From: Carcharhinus amblyrhynchos
Lineage: Eukaryota
Assembly (NCBI GenBank): GCA_965287045.1
Contig: OZ336874.1
Location: 49,600,001 to 49,664,000, forward strand
Reading direction: 5' to 3'
Length of the DNA stretch: 64,000 bases
Made by a program: the position numbers and the translations under genes. Positions within the stretch are counted from its first letter, which is position 1; each line of letters starts with the position of its first letter. Below, piece by piece: positions 21,727-33,825 of this stretch. The notes beneath the pieces are model-generated. The model searched no databases. It saw nothing but the letters and a program-made list of their open reading frames with translations, and was not told where the DNA came from.

Positions 21727-24700
21727 TGTAACAGCAATAGATTATTAAGTACTCTGAGTAGCTCTTACGTGTTTTCACTCTGCCCATGCTCCAGGGAGAA
21801 CGCCTACACTTCTGACATGTGACCCTATAAATAACCACCTCATCATGTGACCACCCAGTCTACATTTCCCTATTTAAATTGGGAAAGCTGGTGGTACAGA
21901 GATGTAGCAGTGCATGCGAACTGTAACATGCAGCTTTACTAGGCTAACAATATATGACTAATTATATAGGGTGAAACATGGATTAAGCTGTTGCAGGTGG
22001 TGCATTGCCCATCGCATCTCCTTTCACACACCCATTTTGTTGTTTAAAAAGAGAGGGGCCAGTTGTGGACTAGTTCATTACGTAGTCTTGGAACCTTGTG
22101 TTTGGTTTGGTCAGGCTTGAGCATGTGATTATGCCAGTTGGCTATGCTGGAGATGTACTTGGGTTGGTGTTCTCAGTGTGGATAACCTGGGAGTTCCACT
22201 GGTGTACCCAGTGGCTGTAGGGATTGCTGCATAAGCCTTTAGAGGAGCCTCCATTTCCACTGGTGTCAGGACTTGATTGTAGGCTAGATGGCAGGGGTAC
22301 AGTGGCATTTGCCGGATCCAATATCTGCAATAGTGATAATACGTAGCAGGCACTGTCTGAGGCTACTACATCGTTGTTTGGCTGTGGGGCATGGCTGGGT
22401 ACAACCACCAACATGTTGTGGCGACATGTGGTCTGGATCCTGACTGACAAAGTTTTAGAGAGCTGAATCTGTGAGCATTGTAATCATAGTACCATTTTAC
22501 TCTTAATCAGCATTCCAAGAGGTCACCACTCACGTTGGTTTTGATAATGGGCTGCAAGAGCCTTTGTTGTAGGAATTGTGGTCCTGGTGCTCCTGGCAAG
22601 CGGTCGCTGTGCTGACAAGGGCAATCCCTGCCTTGGCATGTTTCACAGGCTGAGGAGCACGGCATAGTAACCTCTGAGATCTCCAGCACGTTTCTCCAAA
22701 TAGGTGCCTGGCTAAGCATACTGCCTGTTCCACTAGGCCAGTGGACAGTGTATAGGGTCTATACATGATATGCTCAAAGTCCCATGTGTCTGTGTGCAAA
22801 GTTCCTAAAGTTACTGGAGATGAACTGGTGAGCATTGCCCATCATGAACCTCTTAGAGATACCAAAGTGCCTCTTCAGCTTAATTAGGACTGCGTACTCT
22901 GCATGTCTGGCAGGTAGAGGAGTTCAAAACACCCAGAATACAAGTCAACTAAGACTAAATGTTGTTTACCATTCCATTCAAAAGTGTCAATTGCCGTGAC
23001 TGACCGTGGGATGTCCAGGACCTCGTGTATGTGTAATGGTTCTTTGGCTTGATGCAGTTTGAGTGCATTGCACGGTGCATGGTTGGATAGATCCCTCTCC
23101 ACGTCAGATGCATAGAAGGCCAATATAGTCATGATTTCTTTGCCCTATATCTGGGTGCTCTTGGAGTAGTTGCTGGATGCAGTACAGTGGAGAGAGGTAG
23201 GGATGATGAATTGCTGACAACGTGGTATCAGTCCATCCTGTGCGGTTTATTCATCTCTGATGGTGAAGCATGTATGGAGCCATTAGGGAAGCCCCCTTGA
23301 GGACTTTGGCCAATACATCACGATGATGCTGTGTATGTGATGACTGCCTCAATGACATCTTTGAGTTCCTGGATTCTACCTCTATGTTCATGATGTCTGT
23401 GTCTTCTTCCTGGTCTGCAGTGGGGAGGAAGCCTCTTGAAAGGGCATTAGCCAAGAATAGCTCCTTTATCCTGTTTGTAGACAATACTAAGGCTATAGTG
23501 TTGCAGCTTTAGCATTATGTGCTGCAGCTATGCAGATACAGTGTGAAAAGATGTTTTCAAAATAGTTATGTGGCTGATAATTTTCAACACTTACAGAATG
23601 ACCAAATATAAAGTCATAGAATTTCTGACAGCCAAGAGCGAAGAGTTTCTTTTCAATTTGGGCATAATGAATCTGAATCAATAAGGGCCCTTGAAGCAAA
23701 AACTATTGGTCTGCCATTTTGGATGCAGACTGCTCCACGTTTGTGCTGGGAGGTACTCACTGATTATGAGTGCAGTAACTCTAATGTCAAAGTATTGTGG
23801 CACTGGTGGGGCTGCGTGCACTTGTTTTGAGTCTGTTGAAGACCACTGCTTGGTGGTCCTGCCAGCACCATTCAACATCCTAGCGGAGGAGCCGATGAAA
23901 AGATCCAGTGACCTCACTGAAATGAAATTAGATAATCTATCATACCAAGAAAGCTTTGTAAAGCAAACTTATCCACAGGAATGGCTATCTGTCATTTAGT
24001 CATTGTGTTGTCTGTGTCTGGCTTCACATCATCAGCTATGAGTAACTGACCCACCTGGGGAACTTGGTTGACCCTGAATCTGCATTTAGCAGGGTTAAGT
24101 TTTAGCTGTATGGTCCTGATGTTGTCAAGCGCAAGACAAAGATATGCATCATGTTCTTGCATAGTACAACTCCCAAACCAGGATGCCAATGACAATGATT
24201 TCAGAGGCCTATAAAGAGTTGCTGCATGCACAGCTGGAAGACCTTGCTGCCAATGGGAATCCCATAGCACATAAAAAGAAAATGGTACTGTCTGCTGGAG
24301 ACTTGAATGTAGTAAGTTTTGAGGACTCTTCATCCAGCAGGATTTGCCAGAACTGCATTTTGCGTTCAGGATACTGCAAACCTTAACATTGCGCATGTCA
24401 GCTATCACTTGTTAAGCTGCCTTCATAGGTAATGAGGTCTGAACAGTGCCCTGTTTAAGTGGATTGCATTGATGCAACTGCTGACTCTGCCATCTTTTTT
24501 TTTTAACTGCAGCCACCATTGCTGAAACCCGTTCTTGTGGCCTTGTCTTTTACGGGAGTTATGAGATCAAGTGGTGTTATTTGAGGCACTCGTTGACTAC
24601 TTTTTGCTTCGTGGTTATTGGTTCTTTTCTCTGAGCACAGACTGTTGGTGCTATTGAGTCACCTAGTCTCACGTAGTATATTACAGGTAACATACCAATG

Positions 24701-25720
24701 ACATCACAGTTCATAGAATCATAGAATCCCTACAGTGCAGAAAGAGGCCATTTGGCCCATCGAGTCTGCACCGAACACAATCCCACCCAGGCCCTACCCC
24801 CATATTCCTACATATTTACTAATCCCTCTAACCTGCACATCTCAGGACCCTAGAGGCAATTTTTAGCATGGCCAATTAACTTAACCTGCACACCTTTGGA
24901 TTGTAGGAGGAAACCCATGCAGACACAAGAAGAATGTGCAAACTCCACATAAGCCAGCAATTGAAACCAGGTCTGTGGCGCTGTGAAGCAGCAGTGTTAA
25001 CCAGTGTGCTACCGTGCCGCCCCAGTTGGAGAGGTCCTTGTCTTCTATCAGTTCTGGGGCCTGGTACTGCAGAACATGTACCTCCTGGACCAAGGTGGAT
25101 GAACCCCAGTGGTCCCAAAAATAGTGGACGTATATTCTGGTCAACAATGTTTTCAGCCCTCCCCAGAAGTGCAAGGGGATGGTGTGTGAGAAATATGATA
25201 GGTGGGATGGTAGTGACGTGAAAGTCTCCTGAGAGTGTTGATATGTCTTCCCTGCTAATTAATGTGTGAGATCATGTTGTTTGAGTTCATGATACCATGG
25301 CACAAGTTTGATACTGGAGGAAGTTAAAGAATGACTTATCCTGGTGGAGTGGATAAGATCATTTATCCTCTTCCTGCACTGGATGGCGTTTTGACCACTG
25401 TTGCCAGTAGTGCTGCTCTGCTCTGTGATGGCCTCTCAGGCTGGAGATGAGGTTGGTGTGCTTCCTGGAACCATCCCTGGGAAACAGGACATGCGTGTGT
25501 GCCCACATTCTCTGATCAAGGCCCTATGGTGGGTAAAGCAAGGTGTTGTGGCCACCTTGAGGTTTGCAAACCTTGGTCTTCTGGTTGCCAGATGTCTGTG
25601 ACAGTTTCATCATGTCACATTATCAGTAACCCCCATGACTTGCCTGAAATTGCAACATCTCACTTACTGACCTGTCTGGAGACAATACACATCTCTTTGA
25701 CCTATGTCTAATACTATCTC
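21727..25720 (-). mobile_element. Decayed Ty3/Gypsy LTR retrotransposon (gag-PR-RT-RH-IN remnants, 3' LTR ~21727-22016)
   Basis: Minus-strand peptides include LKLNPAKCRF (RT), YAQIEKKL...CQKFYDFIFG (RNase H) and IDTFEWNGKQHLVLVDLYSG (integrase). PPT aaaggaga precedes the TG..CA LTR. Many stops and frameshifts. Confidence 0.85.
24712..25022 (-). mobile_element. Full-length HE1 SINE inserted in the Gypsy element
   Basis: Head ggggcggcacggtagcacactggttaacactgctgc on the minus strand and a (catagaat)n tail. Confidence 0.85.
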
Positions 25721-25843
25721 CACTGGCATTGTCTTCATCTTTAAGACTTGAATTGCAGGTTAGCTGTAGAGACTGGCATTCTAATCAGTATTGTGTAAAC
25801 TGTGTGTGCCTTTATATGCCCTTCTCTGATCAGAACCTTCCAC

Positions 25844-25880
25844 ACACCTGATGAAGGAACAGTGTTTCCGAAAGCTTGTG
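25844..25880 (+). ncRNA. Minimal hammerhead ribozyme motif in a Penelope terminus (~25740-25940), intact core
   Basis: acac-CUGAUGA-aggaacaguguuucc-GAAA-gc-UU-gug. It is followed by aataaactgtttggactttaacctggtgttgtgagac, shared with 8390-8430. Confidence 0.7.
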
Positions 25881-26582
25881 GGTTTTCTATCAAATAAACT
25901 GTTTGGACTTTAACCTGGTGTTGTGAGACTTTTTACACTCTCCTAAAGACAGATGCATTAGGGAGAGTAAGATGTGTTGGACTGGCATCTAAATGTGGCG
26001 CATGGATCTTCGGTCCTGCTAGCTGAGAATGGGCAGACAAATCAGCCCCTGACATGCCAGGTGATTCAGCCCAATACTGCCTGTGCATAAATAATGAACT
26101 TTCAGTCATGAAATCCAACACAAGTTCCTGCCATTCCAGCCAGCAGGGTGGACGCAGTCAAAACCACCCGCCACCACAATTAGTCTCGTAAATGGAAAAC
26201 TCCAGTCTTGTTATGATGGATATCTGAATATACCAAACAGTCATTTAAAAATGAACAGAATTTATAGTTGTTTACTGCACTTTTGCCCTTTCACTTTGAA
26301 GCCCTTTTGGGATCTGGACTATCATGCCTGTTATAATATTATGCCTAGCAATTTCTGATAATATTAATAGATAAATGCTCAACAAATTGGTACGTTCCTC
26401 CTCTCTCTAATATTTTAATAGACGCATTAACCTAACTGACATGAATGGGAGCAATAATTAAATTGTTAGCCAATGGAAATAACCCTCACATCAAATATTT
26501 TCATAATTGAAAAGGCATCAATGTCTTGAAGGTTTTTATGGATATTCCTGATGTAACAAACAGTGGAAAATTAAGAAATCAG

Positions 26583-26726
26583 CCTGGGTTATACCTCGGT
26601 AGACAGCATTAATAATAGTGTTGTATCTGGAAGAAAGATTTGGTCGCGTTGCAGTTCCATTTCCAAAAAAGAAATCGTTGGTGATGCTGTCAACAGAATT
26701 GCAGATAATTATGTTCTACAAATATA
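26583..26726 (+). other. Candidate exon (144 nt, 5' boundary uncertain, possibly from 26532)
   Basis: Donor ATA|gtaagt. Open frame LGYTSVDSINNSVVSGRKIWSRCSSISKKEIVGDAVNRIADNYVLQI. CpG-retaining unique DNA. Weak acceptor. Confidence 0.4.
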
Positions 26727-27220
26727 GTAAGTAAAACATTAACACTGCTTGAATTGAGGATCAAACAATATACTATTGAAGCCTCTAATAATAATTGTAA
26801 TAAGTACTGCTCAAATTAACACACATAGCTGTCAGTACACAGCATGAAACAATGCAGCACTGGGCTCTTGCATCCCATTTTGAACTAGTGTGACATTTTC
26901 AAATTCTCACACTCTATTCTTGACTCTCAAATCTGAGATTAAGTGCCATGTTCATGACAGTTATGTGCTGTGAATTTGTATCTGTTGGCAACAAGACTGG
27001 GATGCCAGTCCTTGCCTTTCTGCTTCTCTAGACTTCTCTCCTTGGGCTAAATTTAATGTTTGGTGGTTAATTTTGCTTCCTTCTCTGTTAATTATCTTCA
27101 ATCGGATAATGAATGTACAAGTGAAGAAAAGTAGAGTTGATTGTCATTTCCTGCTATGGCACTTAATAGCATCAAGATTGACCTCTAACTGACAAAAGTT
27201 TCATTCTTCTCATCTTTCAG

Positions 27221-27360
27221 GTCTGGTGAATCCTGAATAATTAACAGTAGCTTTCAACAAATTTGCTGAATGGAGAAATGGATAAGAAATGTTGACAAAT
27301 GCTAGACGCTGGTCGCTTTAGGATGAGCTTTTGTTCTTTAGCTGATACAACCAGCTCAAG
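27221..27360 (+). other. Exon-like segment with strong acceptor but stops in all frames (non-coding, terminal or pseudogenised exon)
   Basis: Branch-like ctaactgac plus tttcattcttctcatctttcag|G. Possible donor AAG|gtcgtg. Confidence 0.3.
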
Positions 27361-28309
27361 GTCGTGATTTCAGTGAATAATGCTTGGAATCAATCAGATA
27401 GTCATAGTTCTATTGCATCAAATTCAAGCTCTGCTGGATTTTAGATTGAAGCTGATTATTTGCATGCACCAGTAATCATTGATACGTTGTTAATCACAGA
27501 TATGTAGCATTCGGTATATTTTATAACATGTAATAGATTTTCCTTCCTGCTTAACAGGTTTACAGCATAGCAACCTACTGTTATAAAATGTCAAATTAAA
27601 CTGAGTTCAAACAACAGTGCTATTTGATTTTATTGTATTGAAGCTCCGTCTCTTAACTGTTAGACATTTGTGCAGAGAATAATGATGTCTGGAAGTGAGG
27701 CAGTAATCTCAAAGAAGATTCTATCATGCAGTCACCAGTTTTGAGAAACTTGAAATAAAGCTGGGAATCACTCCATGCTGTTCATTATTATTTAAAATAT
27801 ATATGTAATGAAGTTCAGGAAGGTTTATTCAGTCTTTGGTCCTTTTTATGTAAAAGATGAGCTTCAGAGTGCTAACGAACAAGGGTCACTGCACTCCCTG
27901 CTATTAATGGTTGATAAAATCCACACTGAAAATGCAATCGTGGTGACTTAATTACTGCAAATACTATATACTGAGTGATAACCATCTTTATTACTGAAAA
28001 ATGATATGGCCAGTGCACTATAATAACAGAAAGAGATGCTGTTTATTTAACTTGCTGAGTATTGAAACCATTTCAGTACATTTTCATCCAACTACAGAGG
28101 AAATGTCTTTATTTGTTTTTCAATAGCTTTATTACAAGTTCCAAGTAGTATTAATACAAATGGTGTTCAAGTGTCAATCAGAAAAATAATTATTTAATCT
28201 GAGTATTTTGGTCATAAATTTCAGCCCTGTGGGTTTGATGCTGTGGATGCCAGTGCAGTAGCAAATTGATGTCCATGCCCCTTCTGCTGCTAGCATTGGA
28301 CGCAGTCAT

Positions 28310-29820
28310 TTTGATTTAATTTATTATTGTCATATGTATCACTATACAATGAAAAGTATTGTTGCTTGCACGCTTTACAGACAAAGCATACCATTCATAC
28401 AGAAGGAAAGGAAAGGGTGCAGAATGTAGTGTTAGTCATAGCTAGGGTGTAGAGAAAGATCAACTTAATGCAAGGTAGGTCCATTCAAAAGTCTGATGGC
28501 AGCAGGGAAGAAGTTGTTCTTGAGTTGGTTGGCACATGACCTCAGACTTCTGTATCCTTTTCCTGACAGGCGAAGGTGGAAGAGAGAATGTCCAGGGTGT
28601 GTGGGATCCTTAATTATGCTGGATACTTTTCCGAGGCGGCGGGAAGTGTAGACAGAGTCAATGGATGGAAGGCTGGTTTGTGTGGTGGACAGGGTACATT
28701 CACGACCCTTTGTAGTTTCTTGGGGTCTTGGGCAGAGTAGGAGCCATACCAAGCTGTGATACAACCAGAAAGAATGCTTTCTGTGGTGCATCTGTAAAAG
28801 TTGGTGAGAGTTGTAGCTGACATGCCAAATTTCCTTAGTCTTCTGAGGAAGTAGACATGTTTGTGGGCTTTCTTAACTATAGTGTTAGCATGGGGGGACA
28901 AGGACCAGTTGGTGATCTGAGCACCTCGAAACTTGAAGCTTTTGGCCATTTCTGCTTCATCCCCATTGATGTAGAGAGGGGTGCGTTCTCCATTACACTT
29001 CCTGAAGTCAATGACTATCTCCTTCATTTTGTTGACCTTGAGGGAGAGATTATTGTCATCACACCTGTTTACCAGATTCTCTATCTCATTCCTGCACTCT
29101 GTTTGAGATCCAACCCACTTTGGTCGTGACATCAGCAAATTTGAAAACTGTGTTGGAGGGGAATTTGCCACAAAGTTATGCATGGATAAGGAGTATTGCA
29201 GGGGGCTGAGAACACAGCCTTGTGGGGCACCAGTGTTGAGAAGAATCATGGAGGAGGTGTTATTTACTGTCCTTGCTCATTGTGGTCTGTGGGTTAGGAA
29301 GTTCACGATCCAGTTAGAGGGATGAGCCGAGGCACAGAGTTTGGAGATGGGTTTTGTGGGAATAATGGTGTTTGAAGGCTGAACTGTTGCCTATTAAATA
29401 GGAGTCTGATATGTGCCTTTGTTATCTAGGTGTTCCAGGGTTGAGTGCAGGGCCAGGGAGATGGCATCTGCTGTGGACCTGTTGCGATGGTAGGCGAACT
29501 GTCATGGATCAAAGCAATCCAGGAGCCTGGAATTGATTCATGCCACGACTAGCCTTTTGAAGCACTTCCTAATGATGGATGTCAGAACCACCGGACAGTA
29601 GTCATTAGGGCGTGCTACTTGGCTTTTCTTTAGTACTTGGATGATGGGCATCATCTTGAAGTAGATGGAGACCTCCGATTGTTGTAAAGAGAGGTTGAAG
29701 ATATCTGCGAACACCACCACCGGTTGATCTGCGCAAGATCTGAATGCTTGTCCACGTACCCCATTGGGTCAGTTGCTTTCCGTAGGTTGACCTTTGAAAA
29801 GACTGCTCTGACATTTGCAA
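28310..29820 (-). mobile_element. Rex1/Babar-clade LINE, 5'-truncated RT and 3' end
   Basis: LNTGAPQGCVLSPL and YFLRRLRKFGMS..LTNFYRCTTESILSGCITAWYG, plus LKNNFFPAAIRLLN and DYCPVVLTSIIRKCFKRLV. Frameshifted. Confidence 0.9.
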
Positions 29821-30439
29821 TGGTGTTGTGGTGAGGCCACTAATGTGGATGTGACAAGTACGTGCCAGAGGTACCTAGATTAGACCGGTTATGCCTTGAA
29901 TCTGCTAATACTCCTGATTTGATGCCAGTACTGCCATTTTTGCTCTCACAGCTCTCAATCACTCCCTCTCTTAAACACCCACACCACACATGCATTTAGC
30001 AGCACCAAGTACCTCCTGACCATCACTAATGTAAAGTAATCGTCAATGCCTTGCAAGTTGGTTGATGATTACTTTATCATTACTAGTTAGCAGTTTAATT
30101 TCTCATGACTTTCCAGAATTATAGGGAGGGCATAGCTTGATCTTGGGATTGGACATAGCTCGGCACAACATTTGAGGGCTGAAGGGCCTGTACTGTGCTG
30201 CAATGTTCTATGTTTCTGTTTCTGCTGGCTGTTTTTGTGGACATTTTGGGTGATTTGAGGAATTGCTAATGAAGACTATAGGCAGTGATGCTGCACAGGG
30301 AGGAAGTTTTTGGCTGTGACTGCAAGGACTCTGGTGCCTGGGCACATCACCTTTTACTAGTCACTAATGGAGGGTACTGTGGTAGCTGTCTATCTTGGGC
30401 TGTAGCAGGCAAACAAGATGGTGTAGTGGCAGCAAAGGA

Positions 30440-30865
30440 GAAGACAAGTCTGAGAGCAAGTTTGCAGATGGCTTAGACGTAGAAGTATTGACAAATCATG
30501 AAGGAAGTGCTCATGGTCCTTCGCTACCTGTTGGAATATGACCTGCAAACTCAGCCATACATGGACAGTAATTCCAGTGATGAGGAAGGTGACTGCTGTC
30601 TTTGATGTTTATACATCTCCTTTCAGGCTGAAACATGACAGAATGAACATTTCACAGTTTGCCACCAATCCTGCTGTATGCCAGGAGAGGGAATTTCATT
30701 ATAGGTTCTCTGAAAATTGAGAAGTGGCTGGACCATGCAAGTGGCTTTGCCAGGATAGTGAGCTTTGCTTATGATGCAGGGTGCCATCATTGCACACGCA
30801 TGCCTTTGTGGACGTCACATTTCAGTGATGAGTTATACCAGAACCACAAACATTATCATTTAAAA
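30440..30865 (+). mobile_element. Decayed PIF/Harbinger (HARBI1-like) transposase
   Basis: Frameshifted remnants GFARI../MQGAI.CT/YQNHKHYH correspond to the GFP.V.GAIDCTH...NRKG.HS motif. PVMRKVTA and NISQFA lie upstream. Confidence 0.55.
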
Positions 30866-31780
30866 TGGACAGGTAAGTGTGTGACCACACTTGCCACAAT
30901 ATGCTGTTATCCTGCAAGCACTCATGATGCATTCATCTCGTGCCAGTCTACTTAACAATGGACTATCCACAATTCACTGGGGTGGAGAATTCCAAAAAGT
31001 TGCATTTCTTTAAGTAAAGAATTTTTTCCATAGTCTGAAATGATCTTTAGAACATGAGGGCACAGTCTCAGGATAGAGTCCCCAGCCAGAATAAACATGC
31101 TCTTTGTCCTATTGTAGGAGGGAGTTTAGAATAACTTGGGACTGAAAGACTAACAGATCAGAGTGAATAGAGTATAGAAATTGCAAAGTGCCTGGAGTAT
31201 AATCTACAAAGGTACTGTTTGCAAAGAGATGCATATAACCACTAGTAGAGAATTTAGATATATATTTTTGAATATTCTATATTAAAAGCATATACCTTGG
31301 TCAACAATACAATGCTCTAATGCATAATGGGATGTAATCAAATAAAAAGAGCCACATTCCTCGGAACAATGCTGCTACTGAGTGAAGGGGAAAGCAATTC
31401 TTATCAGTGTCTCTGTATGATTCCAATAGCATATTCACTATCCAAGGACAGTGCCAGAGATCTTAGATGGTTCAAATGAATAGCTCATACATTACATCAG
31501 GTAAGGCAGTTTAGAGAGCGTTAGGAGACAGTGAAGTCCATGAGCTCACGCAATCCCATGCTGTCAGAGGTAAATGTTATTGGCCAAGGTGAATAATCAT
31601 ACTAATAATTATTGACTCATACCCAGCTGAGATGAGCAAATGGTTTTTGAAAATTGTATGATAGTGATTTGGAACATCACCAAATCTCTCTCCCTCGTAT
31701 GTTGAACCGGGCTTGGAAAAGATAAATGAGAGTGCTGTCTCGTTACCTGAGTCATAATTAAGAAGGAGAATCCCTCACAT

Positions 31781-32042
31781 GAAAGGACTGCATTAAGGAG
31801 AAACTTCTTCACACAAAGGTTGTGAATCTGTGGAATTCCCTGCCCAGTGAAGCAGTTGAGGCTACCTCATTGAATGTTTTTAAGGCAAGGATAGATATAT
31901 TTTTCAACAGTAAAGGAATTAAGGGTTATGGTGAATGGGCGGGTAAGTGGAGCTGAGTCCATGAAAAGATCAGCCATGATCTTATTGAATGGCGGAGCAG
32001 GTTTGAGGGGCCAAATGGCCTATTCCTGGTTCTTATGTTCTT
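31781..32042 (+). mobile_element. CR1 3' fragment
   Basis: aggagaaacttcttcacacaaagg...aagggttatggtga...tcttatgttctta. Confidence 0.85.
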
Positions 32043-33825
32043 AAAGCCAACTTGATACTTAGCCTTTGAAAAAAGCTCCACCACCTGTTGTATCAATGAG
32101 ATCATCTCTTAATTCTTCTAAGTTCGTACAAATGTAAGAGAAAATCCAGTTCCCAATAGGAGATTTAAGAACACAAGATTGTGAGTAATTGAAGCAGGAG
32201 TGGACTATTCATTCCATTGGCCTGTTCCACCATTCAGTAAATACATGGTTGACCTGATTTATGGTCTTAACTCCATAAAAATGATATTTGCACTTAGTTT
32301 GAAATTATTTTTAAACAATGACAGCCTGGATCCATCACCAGCAGACTTGCTCAATGTTTTACATTCTTTTTTTTACTCAAGCCTAATTCTCACTGCTTCT
32401 TGCCTTTTATCAAGTCCACCAGTTGTGGTGTTTCTAATGTATTTAAATATTATTTTCTTTAACGAGTTTTGACTCCAAATGTGATTAGGTTCAGAGTCCA
32501 ACTGGGTGATCGGGTTTTAGTAACCAGTTTCTTCCAAAGTGTACTTAGGGCACCAAATTACTTTAAAGATTTCTTGGGACTTGCTGTAGCCTAGAGTTTA
32601 AAATATTTAGCTCATCCTGCAGACTCTGCACTTACAAAAAAGCTGTAATGACATCTTCTGCTGCAGTAAGGAATTTTAAATATTTGCCTTAAGCTTCCAA
32701 GCTTTTTGTTGGAGTCTTTCTTGATGATTTTTCCTCTGCACCTCTGCTTCTATAGCTTCTTTTCAAGTGAGAATGACTTTTAAAATTTTTTCTTGGTCTT
32801 CCAGTTTGTCTCTGCATTTTAGTGAGGTTTTTCTTCCAAGAGCTGCTACCATGTTCTGGGGTGTTGGTTCCATTTCAGAAGATTCGATGCAATCTTTATA
32901 GTCCTTAATAAGTTAATTGTATGTCTTTATTGACTCTTGGAACTTTAACAAAAAGCTGACATCGATTCAGTTGAAGGCATTTAGCCCTTTAAAGTATATC
33001 ATTTCTAATTTAATATAGAATGGAACATTTGATATTTTTTGATTCAGTTTATTTTAATGCATTTAACATAATCTCTTGATGCCTTTGTAGTTCATAAGAA
33101 ATAACTTGAGTCCTCTCTCTGCTCATGCAGCTGCAGAGATCTAATTTTGAGAATGAATATTTAATAATGTCCTACAGTCCAGCAGGTGATCTGTTTAGGG
33201 GTTTTCTCGAGAGCTGTGTACTAGTAGACAGCAATTTGGACCATGAGTGAACCCAGCCACATACAAAATAAGTGATGTTTATTCTGTTATTTACAGCTCT
33301 CAACAGAAGACAGAAGTTGTAACTTTTATTATCATGAAAGAGCTTCCTGAACTTCACCCGTAGTTTATAGAACATTTTGAACTCTAAAATGTCAAATCGA
33401 GTTGGCAGGTACATGGGAGGTGTCGTTCTGAAGAAGATTGTGATTGTATCTTGACAAGGAATTGTAAAGGTGGCAAGTTTATACATTGTTACAATAATTG
33501 TACTGAACTCCATTTGTAAATGTATTGTGGTTGGTAACAGATCCCTGGTAATGTGCTTGACATCTCAAGAACGTACAGATTATCAACCTTAGCTTGACAT
33601 TTGTAATGGTCGTAATAAATGGAGAATTTCTTAAGTAATTTAACTAGAGAAAATCAAATCAACTTGGATTTATGAAAGGCAAAGATTGTGCCTGACATAT
33701 TTTTCTTCACCTCATCAGTTATTCTCATTTTCAGGGGAAAAAAGCAAAAGCAACATTGATAGTAATTTTCACTTAAAGCTTATGTGGTGGATTGGTCTCC
33801 CATTATACATCTTGTTCCTTTTCAT

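Noticed and set aside
19142-27853. Scattered D-box octamers (ttatgtaa at 19142 and 27846)
   Set aside because: Expected by chance in AT-rich 64 kb and not clustered.
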